Shown one piece after another: positions 12,901-23,950 of a DNA stretch of 64,000 nt. Position numbers and translations under genes: made by a program. The stretch lies in contig QPMI01000261.1 in the NCBI GenBank assembly GCA_004431415.1, positions 54,827 to 118,826 of the forward strand. The letters run 5' to 3'. Position 1 is the first letter of the stretch. Each line of letters begins with the position of its first letter. Origin of the DNA: Cyanophora paradoxa CCMP329. Taxonomy: Eukaryota > Plantae > Glaucophyta. The notes beneath the pieces were generated by a model. The model ran no database searches. It was given only the letters and a program-made list of their open reading frames with translations, and had not been told where the DNA came from.

Positions 12901-13325
12901 GTGCGCCCAGCCCCGCGTCCCGCCCCCGCCCGCCGGCTGACGCGGCAGCAGATGGACCGGACGAAACCGGCGGTGCCGCAGTCGCAGCTGGTGCGCTTCC
13001 CGCCTGCCCCGCTCCGCCCTCGCCCCGCGCCGCGCCGCTGACTGGCGGCCGCGCAGGGCTTCGTCGACTTCGTGATCGGTGCCGGCGGGGCGGGGGCGGG
13101 GCGGGGGGCGGGGCGGGCGGGGCTGAGGCCGCCGCAGCGCCGCTGTTCGGGGCGATGGAGGCGTTCGTGGGGGCGGAGCCGATGGCGGAGATCACGAGGC
13201 GCCTGCGCGACACCCGCGACTACTGGACCGCCGAGGCTCGCCCCGCGCCGCCTTCCCCCTTCCCCCGCCACTCCTCCCGACGTCGACTCCCCCCGCAGGC
13301 CGCCAAGAGCGCCCCGGAGGCCTGA
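9911..13325 (+). CDS. Class I 3',5'-cyclic nucleotide phosphodiesterase
   Basis: NPFHNS|THA, HDIGHPG|VNN, YNDRSVLENFH, ILATD|M, KCADVCNP, EEFYGQGDRE, SQL|GFVDF after splicing. Confidence 0.93.
11263..11350 (+). other. AT-AC (U12-type) intron 1 in PDE gene
   Basis: 5' ATATCCTC, branch CCCTTGAC (11325-11332), 3' GCAC; removal gives in-frame DD-F-VDELERW. Confidence 0.85.
12023..12118 (+). other. AT-AC (U12-type) intron 2 in PDE gene
   Basis: 5' ATATCCTT, branch TCCTCGAC (12099-12106), 3' GCAC; removal gives PPL-Q-QLSDVQTFAVLLAAAAHD. Confidence 0.85.
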
Positions 13326-13862
13326 GCGGCGGCTGCGGGTCCCGCGCGGCCCCTCCAGGCAGGCCGCCCAGTTTTGCTCGGACCTGCGGCCCTTCCCTTT
13401 CGCACCGTAGGCAGCGCCTTCGGACGCTTCTTTGCACGTGTCTCTCCCGAGTCCCCCCTCTATCTCAGCGTCTCTTTGATTTAACCCCCAGTTGCTGAAG
13501 TCTTGTAGGGCTTGGTTAGCTGGCACGTTCCTTAAGCTTCCCCTCTTGCATGTCCCCGCTTCCAGGCCTCCATCGTTCGCATAGATGCAGAGTCGACGTC
13601 CGGATCCGCATGCGTAGATGCTTAGGAGCAAGTTATTGTAAGCGCACATCGCACAGGAATTCGAAGAGGCAGTTAGGCCGTTCATTACTACTAAGTTACA
13701 TGCATTCGCATCTGTACATGTTCAACTTCTTTGGCAACCGTTGAACTGTTCTAGCCAAGCAGACGAGGGGCGAGGCGAAGGGGAGATTTAGTAGGAAACT
13801 TCAAAGGCTTGAAAGGGTCCGACGGTCTGGATCCGGTGGCCATGGAGGGGCGGGTGCGGGCG

Positions 13863-16520
13863 CTAGCCGGACTCGGCGGTGCTGGGGGCGGGGTGGCTGA
13901 GGGAGAAGGCGCGGAGGAGGGGGTTGACGAGCTCGGGGCGCTCGTCGTGCGGGCAGTGGCCGGCGTCGAGCAGGTGCAGCTCGCCCCGCTCCCCGAGCAC
14001 GGCCGCCAGCCGCTCCGCCCGCCCCCGCGCGTCGTTCAGCGGGTCGTGCTCGCCCTGCAGCACCATCACCGGCGCCTCGCTCGCCGCCACCAGCGCGTTG
14101 ATCGTCCGCGGCTTCGGCAGCTGCGCGGGGGCCCGTCAGGGGCGGGGGGGCGCGGCGGGGGGCGCCTCACGGTGAAGCCGGCGGCGAGGACGCCCGTGGC
14201 GCCCGGGTCGAGCGCGTCGCGCTTGATCTCCGCCGCCAGCCGCGCGTCTGCCGCCGCCGGGTTCCGCGGGTACACCCGCACCAGCGTCTTCTCCACGGAG
14301 CGCAGGAGGTACTGGGGCGGGGTGGGCGGGGGCGGGTGCGGGGGCGTCGGGGCGGGCGGGAGGGCCGGCTGGGGCGCACCTGGAAGATCCCCCAGGCGAC
14401 GGCGTCCGTGAGGCGCCGGCTACGCGCGAACACGTTCGGGGCCGCCTCGCCCGGCGCCTCGGGGCTGCCCGGAGGCAGCAGGGGCCCCGCGGTGTTGAGC
14501 AGCGCGACGCCGCGCACGAGCTCCTTGAAGTCCGCCGCCGCCGACATCGCCACGTAGCCCCCGATGGAGTTGCCTGCGGGGGGCCGGCTGCAGCTCGCGG
14601 GGGCGAGGGGCGGGGCGGGGCGGGGCACCGGCGACGAGGGCCGGCTCGCGGACGACCTCGCGGAGGAAGTCCCCCACGAGGGGCACCCACAGGTCCTGCC
14701 CGTAGCCCCCGCCCCCGCCCCCCAGCTCCGGCTTCTCTGCCGCCCCCTCGACCCCCGCACCCCCGCCCCGCGCCCCCGCCCGCCGCACCGGAGCGGCCGA
14801 AGCCGAGGAGGTCGAGTCTGGTGCGGGGTGGGCGGGGGCGGGGGCGGGGCGGGGCGGGGGCGGCGGGCGCACGCGAAGACGCGGTGGTCGGTGGCGAGAT
14901 CGGCGATGTTGCGGCGCCAGTGGCCCACGCTCGCCCCGAACCCGTGCACCAGGAGGATCGCCGGGCCCGTCGAGCCGGCGCACACGTAGTTCACCAGGAA
15001 GCCCCGCCACCGCCAGTACCGCACCCCTGCAGCTCGCCCCGTCGGCGATGCGGGGCAGGAAGGGACGGGGCAGGACGGGGCGGGGCGGGGGCCGCACGCT
15101 GGGGCTCGAGGGCGGCGCGCTGGGCGGCGGCGCGGGCGTGGAAGTCGTGCCGCTCGGCCGCCTGCAGCGCCGACGCCACCGTCGCCAGGCTCACCCCTGC
15201 CGCACCCGTCCCCGCCCGCCCCGGCCCCGGGGCCCGGCGGGGCGCACCGAAGGGGTAGCCGCGGCGGCGCTCGCAGCGGCGGGCCGCGGCGTAGATCTGG
15301 CGCGGGCTGAGGCAGCCGTGGGCGATGGCCGTCGAGAAGTGGCGGGGGAAGGCGGTGCGCCCCTCGGACTCGCCGTGCTCCTGCGGGGCGCTCGGGGGCG
15401 GCGGGGCGCCGCGGGGCGCGGGCGGCGCGCACGAGGAAGCGCTCGAGCTCGGCGAGGGCGGCCGCCTCGCCGCCGGGCACCTCGAGGCCGCTGCGCCGCT
15501 CGAAGCCGGCCTCCCGCGGCAGCTCCCGCCCTCCAGCCCCGCCGGCACCCCCGGCACCGCCCCCGGCGCCTCCAGCGGCCGCCCCGGCTTGTACGCTGCC
15601 ACGAACCTGCGCGGGGGCGGCGTGAGGGGCCGGCGGGAGGCGGGCGGGGCGCGGGGCGGCGGGCCGCTTGTAGTCGCGGTAGTTGTCGGGGAGGCGCTTC
15701 TCGGGCATGCGGCCGTCCTGCACCCCCGCCGTCCCGGGGATCTCGCGCAGGCAGCTCCGGTACGCGTAGAGGCGCACGCCGCGCTCGGCGAGGGCGGCGC
15801 TGACACGGCGGCGCGTCTCGAGGTCGCGGTGGGGCAGCTCCTCGTGGCAGAGGAGCGCCCCGGCGCCGGCCTCCGCCGCCAGCGCCGGCAGCAGCTCCTC
15901 GGGGGACCCCGTCCGCACCAGCAGCTCCGAACCGAGCGCACGCAAGCTCGCGCGCAGGTCCGCCACCACCTCGAGGAGGGAGGGCGGCGGGAGCCCGTCC
16001 GCCGTCGCCCGCGGATCGAATATGTACACAGGTACAACCGCCTTCGCCTTCGCCGCCGCCGCCACCAGCGCCGGGTGGTCGTGCACGCGCAGGTCTGCCG
16101 CCGGGCCGGCGAGCCGCTCAGGCCGCAGGCGTGCCGGGGCCGGGATACCGGACATGCGCAGCGGTCTGAATGCATATATGATGTGGGCGCACCGTGTCTA
16201 AACCAGACGAGAGCGACGTCGACGTTGGGAAGCTCCTTGATGGGATGCACGTTGACAGTTGTTGAGGCGCTCGCCACGCTTTCGCCCAGACCGCGTGCAG
16301 ATGCGACGGCGCTCGATGACAATCTGAATCGGCACGCAGAGCTGAATGTAGTTGCCGCGCGCTGCTGCGGCGCGCCGAGTTGCTCGCCGAGAAACTCTCG
16401 CGTCAAACGCCGGGCACGCGGGGCCGCTGGCGGCGGAGAAAGGACGAAAGAGGCTGTAAGAATCGGCGACGCCGACGCCGCCAACGGCGCCGGCGCCAAG
16501 GGCGAGATGAAAGCGGGCAT
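13863..16520 (-). CDS. Plastid-targeted photolyase N-terminal domain / alpha-beta hydrolase fusion (plant At4g25290-like)
   Basis: Transit-like MPAFISPLAPAPLAASAS; VWFRH|DLRVHDHPAL, VPVYIFDP, PGGEAAAL; hydrolase LLVHGFGAS, GNSIGG, QGEHDPL, AGHCPHDE. Confidence 0.88.
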
Positions 16521-17004
16521 CTCCGATTGCGCGATACCCTCCCCCCGCTTGTCCCGCCCACTCAGCACCGGGGTACTCCCCAAACACTAGGCGGCTGAAG
16601 ATGACGCCGCAAGTAAACGAGACTCGTCGATGTCCTGCACGAACTCTTCGCCCTTTGTAGCGAGACGTTTGCATTACCTTGTGTTCTCGGCTACCGGCAT
16701 GCACGCACATGCCTAGCTAGGGCGCTTAAGCTTTAATACCAGGCGGATAGCACATCAACCGACTGTTGCGTGCGCCCCGGCCTCCCCGCCGCTGAGCGCC
16801 TGCGAGCGCTGCGGCTTCGAATTCTTCAACCGGGCTGACGCCGCGCAGATTCCAACAGCGCTCGCGCAGCCAAGCTAAGCAGCATCGCCGCGCCTGTGCC
16901 GTCTCGCAGGTCCGCGCGCGGCACGATCACCGCCCGCCCGCGCGCGCCCCAGCGTCCTCGAATTCGGGCATACGGCAAGCCCACCGACCTCTAGAGGCCG
17001 GCAG

Positions 17005-17795
17005 ATGCATCAACCGTCCCAGAAGGGTGCAGGGCGGAGGCGGCTGCCGCGTCGACGTCTGCCGCAGCTCGTGGGTGGGTGCGCGTGTGTCGATCGCGCA
17101 GCCCTTCTTGCTCCCTTTCTTCCGGACGAGATCCTGGCATATGCTCGCACAAAAAGAACGGTGGATCTCTGGGCTTTAGATGAGCCCACCTTTCGCGCTG
17201 GGAGCGTACGCGTCAGCCTCCTATCGCTTAGCCGCCCCTCTCGGCGCTCTCTGCAGCGCCGCTCCATCTGCGGCACGATGAAGCGCGGAAGAGGATGCTC
17301 ACTCCGTTCTGTTTCGCGGCGTGAACCCTACCAGGCTCCCTTGCAGGACCCTCGGCCCAACCTTTTCGCCGGCAGACGCTGCCTTCTTCCCGGCGGGAGC
17401 GCCGGGGCTCTCCTCCGAGGGCACGGCGGGGTGGTCGCAGCGCGCATCGAGCCTCCTACAGGGTGGAGGAGGCATCGCGACGTCCCTCGGCATGGAAGGC
17501 TCCCAGGCCGCTCGAGCCGGCGCCCCGCCGTCTCCGTGAAACGCCTGGCCCGCCAGCGGCGCCGCTTCGCTCCCGCCGCTGCACACCCTCCGGCGTGCCC
17601 TCTCCCCTGCATCCTCGCGATCGCTTCGTATCGGCTGACTTCGATTTCATCCCATGCGCAGCGAGGAGCGGGCGTGTCACCGCCGCGCCGACCTGTTTGA
17701 CAGGTCGGTGGACCAGCCTCGCGGGCGACGGGCGGCGCCCCGGCAGGCTAGGAGCTCGAGTGACGGCGTATTGGCTACATCAGTACGCGATTTAA
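17005..17795 (+). CDS. Possible small hypothetical gene; structure unresolved
   Basis: Exon-like stretches flanked by plausible splice sites; no recognisable motif. Confidence 0.25.
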
Positions 17796-17912
17796 CCGAT
17801 AGGCCCCGGGGTACGCGAACCGCCGCGAAGCGGGTCCACGGTGAAAGGTGCAGCGAAGCGGTATGGCGTTGCGGCGGGCGACGGGGCGGCGGGGCGGCTC
17901 GCGGCGGCAGAG

Positions 17913-19446
17913 ATGTCGCTCGAGGAGCTCGGGGAAGCGCTGGAGGAGCTCGAGGAGCCGCCCCGCTTCCGCCTCCGCTGGGCCCGCCCCATCACGGCCC
18001 CGCCCGCCCTCCGCTCCCCTCCCGCCTCCTCCCCGATCTCCGACGCCGCCGGGAGCTCTCGAGAAACCCTGAGCGGCGCGTGGAGCTGCCTCGCGCGGCG
18101 GCCGTTGCTCGCGGTGGCGGCGGCGGCCCTCGGGGCGGCGGCCTGCTGCTTCCTCGTCCGGCGCTGGTGGGATCGGGAGAAGAGGAGGCGAGCGAGGCGC
18201 GTGCACGGCGGGCGGCCGCGCCGATCTCGGCCTCGCTGGCGGGCGTGGAGGGCCCCGGCGGCCGCGGGACCGCCTGGCTCGCCAGCCGCCCCGCCGGCCT
18301 CCTCGTCACCGCCGCTGCCCTCGTCGCCCCGCCCCACACCCACACGCCCTCTTCCGTGAGGCCCCGGCCCGCCCCGGCGCCGCCCCGCGTCTGCTGACCG
18401 CCTTTCGCGCCTCGTGGCGGTCTCTCTCGGGGGCAGGGTGTGCGGGTGGAGGCCGGCGGGCGGCTGCTCGCGGCTGCGGTCGTCGCCTCGTGCCCCGCCC
18501 GCGGCATCGCCCTCCTCCGCGTCGACCCCGCCGAGCTCGCCGTCCGCTCCCGCCTCCCCCTTCCCCCTTCCTTTCTTCTCCTCTGAGCGCGCCGCCCGCT
18601 CTCAGGAGGAGCTCGTGGCCGCGAGGTGGGAGGAGCGGCGAGAGGACCGGCGGCGCGGGGCGAGGGTGACGGTGGCGGCGCGGCCCTTGGGCGGCGCCTT
18701 GGCCCTCGCCGCCTCGCAAGTGCGGGGGGTGGCGCGGGGCCACGAAGCCGGCCTGCGGCACGGGGCGCGCCTGCTCTGCGTCGACGGCGCCCTCCCGCTG
18801 GGGGCCCGCGGCGCGCCCCTCGCCGCTCCCGATGGCGCCGTCCTCGGCCTCTGCCTCCCCGTGCCCTCCCCCCCCGCCCCTTCCCCCTCTCGTCTCTTGC
18901 TTCTCACGCCGGCCAGCGGCGCAGACGCCGGCGAGCACGCCTGACGCCCCTTTCACCCTCGCCATCGACGTCGAGGAGGCCCGCGCGCGCCCCTCGGCCC
19001 CGCCGCCCGCCGCTGAGCCGCCCGCCGGCAGGTCGACCGCTTCGTGCGCGCCGTGGCGGCCGGCAGGCAGCCGCCGGCCCTGCCCTTTCTCGGCGTCTCT
19101 GGTGCGCGTCCTGCTCCTTTTCGAGTGGACGCTTTCCCTGAGAAGAGCCGGCGCACAGTGGTCCCGACCGGGGCGGGGCTGGCGGTGACGCGGGTGGCGC
19201 CGTGGACGGGGGCGGAGGGCGCCGGCCTGCGCCCCGGGGACCTCCTCCTGCGGGTCGGGCACCGGCCGCTCCGCGCCCCCGCCGACCTCGAGCGCGAGGT
19301 GCCGCTCCCGCCGGCCCCCGTGTGGCCGGGCCGGCGCCGACGGGCCGCAGGTCTTCGCGCGGGCGGCGGGCCAGCGCCTGCTGCTCCTCGTGCGCCGCGG
19401 CACCCGCGAGCTCCTCCTCCCCGTCCCCCTCGACGCCGCCCCGTAG
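17913..19446 (+). CDS. Degenerate HtrA/Deg-like trypsin-fold plus PDZ protein with N-terminal TM segment; start uncertain
   Basis: [20 protein letters not shown]; GTAWLA..GLLVTAAALV; DGALPLGARGAPLAAPDGAVLGL; PDZ PFLGVS..GLAVTRV..AEGAGLRPGDLLLRV; TAG at 19444-19446. Confidence 0.7.
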
Positions 19447-19624
19447 AGACAGAGCCGAAGGTCGCTTAGCTATAGCTGATTTGGTTGGGCGGGGTTAACG
19501 TTGGCCTTCGAGTTCTCTGCTTGTTTCTGTGCCTTCGCTAGACTAGTACTGCTGCAGCAGTTTGTATTGCACGGTGAAACGTTGACATCGAGCGCCGGGG
19601 GGCGCGGGACGGGGTGCCGCGGGG

Positions 19625-22600
19625 TCAGGAGCGCCCGGTGGACTGGCGGCCCTCGGAGCCGCCGCCGAGGCCCAGCATGCCGGCGCCGAGGCGCAGGGCG
19701 TTGGTGCCGACCTGCGGGGGCCCTCGGGAGGGGCCGGGGGCGGGCGAGTGGGCGGGGCGGGGGCGCCTGCTCGAGGTAGGTGAGGGGCGCCACCGTCGTT
19801 CCCGCCCGCTTGGCGTCCCCGACCGCCGTCGCGCCCTTCGTGGCCGCCAGCACAGAGGCCCCGCCGCCGCCCGCGGCGCTGCGCCGGCCTCAGTGGCGGG
19901 GGCAGCGCGGGGGGCGGGCGGGGCGCGCACCCTGGGAGGCGGCGCCGGCGACGGGGACGGAGACGGGGAGGTACGTGAAGCGCGGCACGGGCTTCGCCAG
20001 CGGCAGCACGTTCGTCTCGTACCGCTGCCCCGCCCCCGCCCCGCCGGCCCCCGCCCGCCGCGGAGCCGCAGAGTGGGGCCTGCGGGGGGCTCGGGGGCGG
20101 GGCGGGGCGGGGCGGGCGGGGCGGGGGCGGACATGGGGAGGAGGCGGTTGAGCTGGACGAGGTAGCCGAAGAGGACGGCGGAGCGGGTGTAGTAGCGCTG
20201 CACGGCCCCCGCCACGGGCCGCTCGTACGTCGCCCAGTCGATGGGGTCCATCAGCCGCTGCACCGTGTCCAGCACGCTCTCCGCCTTGAAGCGCGTCCCC
20301 GAGGAGCGCCGCCCCTCGGGGGAGGCCCGCGGGTCGCGCCCCCGCGCCCCCTCGGGGGCCCACCCCGCCCGCAGCACCTCCAGCAGGAAGCGCACGTCGA
20401 AGAGCAGCTGCAGCAGCTGCGCGGACCTCAGCCGCCCGCGCCCCCCAGCGCGGGGCCGGAGGGGCTTGGCGGGGCGGGGCGGGCGGGGCGAGCCTCGGGG
20501 TCAGAGAAGGCGGGGCGGCTCTGGGACTGCTGGCTGGCGATGTGGGAGGCGAGGAAGGCGCCGTAGACGCCGCAGACGCGCTCGCAGAGCTCCTCGGCGA
20601 GCAGCAGCAGGACGTCGGGGTTCAGCGTGTAGCCCCCCGCCCGGTGCACCTCCCGCACCGCCGCCGACAGGAACGCCACTACGTGCGTCGACGCCTGCCC
20701 CGCGCTCAGCGCCCGCCCCGCGGGTGTGGCGGGGCCGGCGGGGGCGGTACCTGCACTGGGATGCGGATCTTCTCCTCGGGGCCCTCCGGGGCGGGGGCGC
20801 CCTCGTGCAGGCTCACCTCCTCCCAGGCCGCCGAGGCGGCGAGGCGGTGCCGCACCTCGGCGAACATGCCTGCCGCAGGCGTCGCGAGGGGCGGGGCGGG
20901 GCGCGGGGCGGGGGGGCGGGGGGACCGTGGACGGAGGCCTCGAGGGCATCGCCGAGGCGGGCCCCGACGTGGCGCACCCACAGCCCGAAGGCCGCGAGCG
21001 TCACCTCCCCGAGGCCCCGCCGCGTCTCCTCCAGCAGCCCGCCCGCCCCCGCCTCCCGCCCCGCCTCCTCCCCCTCCCGCCCCGCCGGCGACCCGAACGA
21101 CGCCGCCCGCCCCGCCAGCGGCGTCCGCGGCGGCGGGCTCGCCCCCGCCGAGACGGGCGAGGGGGCGGGGCGGCGGCGGGGGCGGGGCGGGCGAGGGCGA
21201 GGGGCAGGGCGCGGAGGAGGTGGCGAGGGCGGCGCAGAGGCGCCCGATGAGGAGCGCCCGCTCCAGCTCTGGCGACTCCTCGGAGGCCCCCGCCTCGCCC
21301 CCGGCACCGCTCCCGCCGGCCTCGCCGGCTACGGCGGGGGCGGGGGCATCTGCTGGGGTGTTGGGGCGAGGCGGGGCGGGGCGGTGGCGCGGGGCGGGGG
21401 GACCGGCGACGAGGCGCTCGATGCGGGCGGACTCGATGGCGGTGGCGAGGTCGCGCACACGCTGCTTCAGGCCGCCCACGATCGCCCCCACACGCTCCAC
21501 GCACGTGCCCTGCACGAACCCCGCCAGCTCCTCCGTCGCCCCCGCCTCCGCCTCCCGCGCCGGCGGCGGCGTTCCCGCGGGGGCCTTGGCGGCGGGGAGG
21601 GCGCGGGAGGAGGGGGAGCGGAGTGGGAGGGGGCCGGCGGGGGCGGGGACGTCGGGGCGGGGGGGCTCGAGGAGAGCGCGGCACTCGGCGAGGAGGCCCC
21701 GCAGCTGTCCGTCGAACTCCGCCACCAGCGCCCCGATCGCCGGCAGCCGCCCCGCCGCCCCCTCCACCTCCACCCCCTCCTCCTCCTCCTCCTCGGGGGC
21801 CCCCAGGGGGGCCCCCGGGGTGCCTGGGGCGCGGCGGCGGGTGGCGGGCCCAAAGGAGAGGGAGCGGCGGGGGAGGGCGGGGGCGGGCCCCTCCTCGGGG
21901 GCGGCGGGGCTCCAGAGGAGCTCGGCGAGGTCGGGGGCGGGGCCGGGGCCGGCGGGGGAGGGGGCGTGGAGGAGGGCGGCAAGCGGGGCGTCGAGGGAGA
22001 GGCGGGCGAAGAGGGCGGCGACGAGCTGCTGGGCGCGGGCGAGGAACATGTCGCTGAACGTGACGCTCCACACGTCCACCGGCTCCCCCAGCACCGCCTC
22101 GCACGCCCCCGCGAAGCTCACCCTCCCCTCCCCGCCCCCCTCCCGCCCCTCCCCGCCCCGCGAGTCCGGCGCCTCGAAGTTCGTGATCATCTTCTTGACG
22201 GCCGCCTGCACCTCCGCGAGCTCGCGCTGCGGCGGGGCCGCGGTCGGGGGCGGGGCGGGAGGCGGGAGTGCAGGGCGGGGCGGGGCGGACCGGGGAGTCG
22301 ACATGAGAGAGGAGCTCGAGGCCCTTCTGGCGGATCTCCCGCTTGCAGTTCTCGACCCAGGCCCGGCACGCCTCCCGCATCTCCGTCGCCGCCAGCAGGC
22401 CCACCTGCTCCTCCAGCTCGTCCACGCTCGCCGCCCACGCTGCCCCACCCTCCCCCGCCTCGCCGGCCCCGCCGCTCTCGGCGAAGTGCTGCTGGGAGGC
22501 GCGGAAGAGGGCGACGAGCAGGGGCGGCGTGCGCTGGCCGGCGGGCGCCGTCTCGTACGTGAAGACGGTGAGCACGTGGCAGAGCGTCAGCTGCACCGCC

Positions 22601-23825
22601 TCCGCCATGCTCCCCAGGCAGTCCCGCACCGCCCCGCACACCCCGCCCCGCCCCGCCCCCTCCGCCTCCTCCCCGCCGCCCCCCGCCCCGCCCGCCGCGA
22701 GGAGCTTGTTCGCCTCGGACAGGTAGCGGTTGAGCCAGGCCGTGCGCGACTGAAGCAGGGTGCTGAACGCCTGCACGCGGCGTCGGCGGGGCCGGCCCGG
22801 CCGGGAGAGGGGCACGCGCCTGCCGTGGCGTGAGGTGGTCCAGCAGCAGCAGCGCCGTCAGCGCCCGCCCGTACTCCTGCGCCGGCGTCAGCGCCGGGGC
22901 CCCCGCGTGGCGGCGCGCGGCGGACGGTGTCGGCGAGGCCGGGGCGGTGCAGGCGGGAGCGGCAGGCGCGGAGGACGTGGGGTCTGAAGACGCGGATGGT
23001 GGACCAGAGCTGCTGCAGCAGGGGCCAGGAGGACTGCGCGCGGCGTCGCCCGCAGCGCCGGGCGGGGAGGGCGGCGGGGGGCGCACGAGGAGCTTGGCGG
23101 CCTCGGGGTCCTGGTCGTTCAGGAGCTGCCCGTACACCGCCTCCGACTCCCGGAAGCGGTTCGCCGCGTCCAGCAGCTTGTGCTGGTCCAGCAGCGCCCA
23201 CAGCTGCACTCGCCTCAGCGCCCTCGACGCCTCTCGCGCCGCGCCCCGCGCACCTCTTCCGGCGTGTCCGCGAGCAGCTTCACCAGCGTGCCGATCGTGA
23301 AAATCTTCCGACGTGCCGATTGCTCTGCGTTTCCACGTGAGTAGGCAGCGCGGCGGGATGGGCCTCATCACAGCGCACCGCGCTGGCTTGGCGCGAGCAC
23401 GGATTCCTCCGGGCTTATGACCATGCTGTGGATGTCGGCACAGCCTCGATGCAGCGTGTTGATTGAATCGACGACTTGCTTGGACAGACGCTTCATGTCC
23501 ACAATCGAGTCGGCCGACTCGATGAGGTCACGGTAGCGCGCGCTGCGGCCAGCGCGTAAGCTCACGAACGCCAATGTGAGACGCCAGCTCTGCGCACCCA
23601 ACGAGCTGCCGCAATTCCTCTTTCTTGGACTCGATGTCCGCCCTGCGCGGGTGCTGGTCGATTTCTCGACGCTCCAATGGTCCGGACGACGCACCATGCT
23701 TTCCGTTCGGTGGTCCGGACGGTCTGGAGGTCCGACTCGCAAAACAGGTCCTCCGCATCGCGCAGGCCTGCTTCCTCGTTCTTTTTGCTCGAGGCCGCGG
23801 CGCCAGTGACCGCCGGCCGCGCCAT
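19625..23825 (-). CDS. COG1: Conserved oligomeric Golgi complex subunit 1
   Basis: N-terminal Vps51-like IESKKEELRQLVG|ARYRDLIESADSIVDM; QLLFDVRFL; LMDPIDWATYE; RSAVLFG. Confidence 0.88.
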
Positions 23826-23950
23826 GATGGGCTGTTTCAGAACGCCGCCTTCCCAGAGCAGCTAATACACGCGCCCTGCTTTCGCGCTCCGAAGTTGCGT
23901 ACCCACGCCCCGCCTCTACCCCCCCCCCCGGGCTGGTCGGGTTCGTGAAC

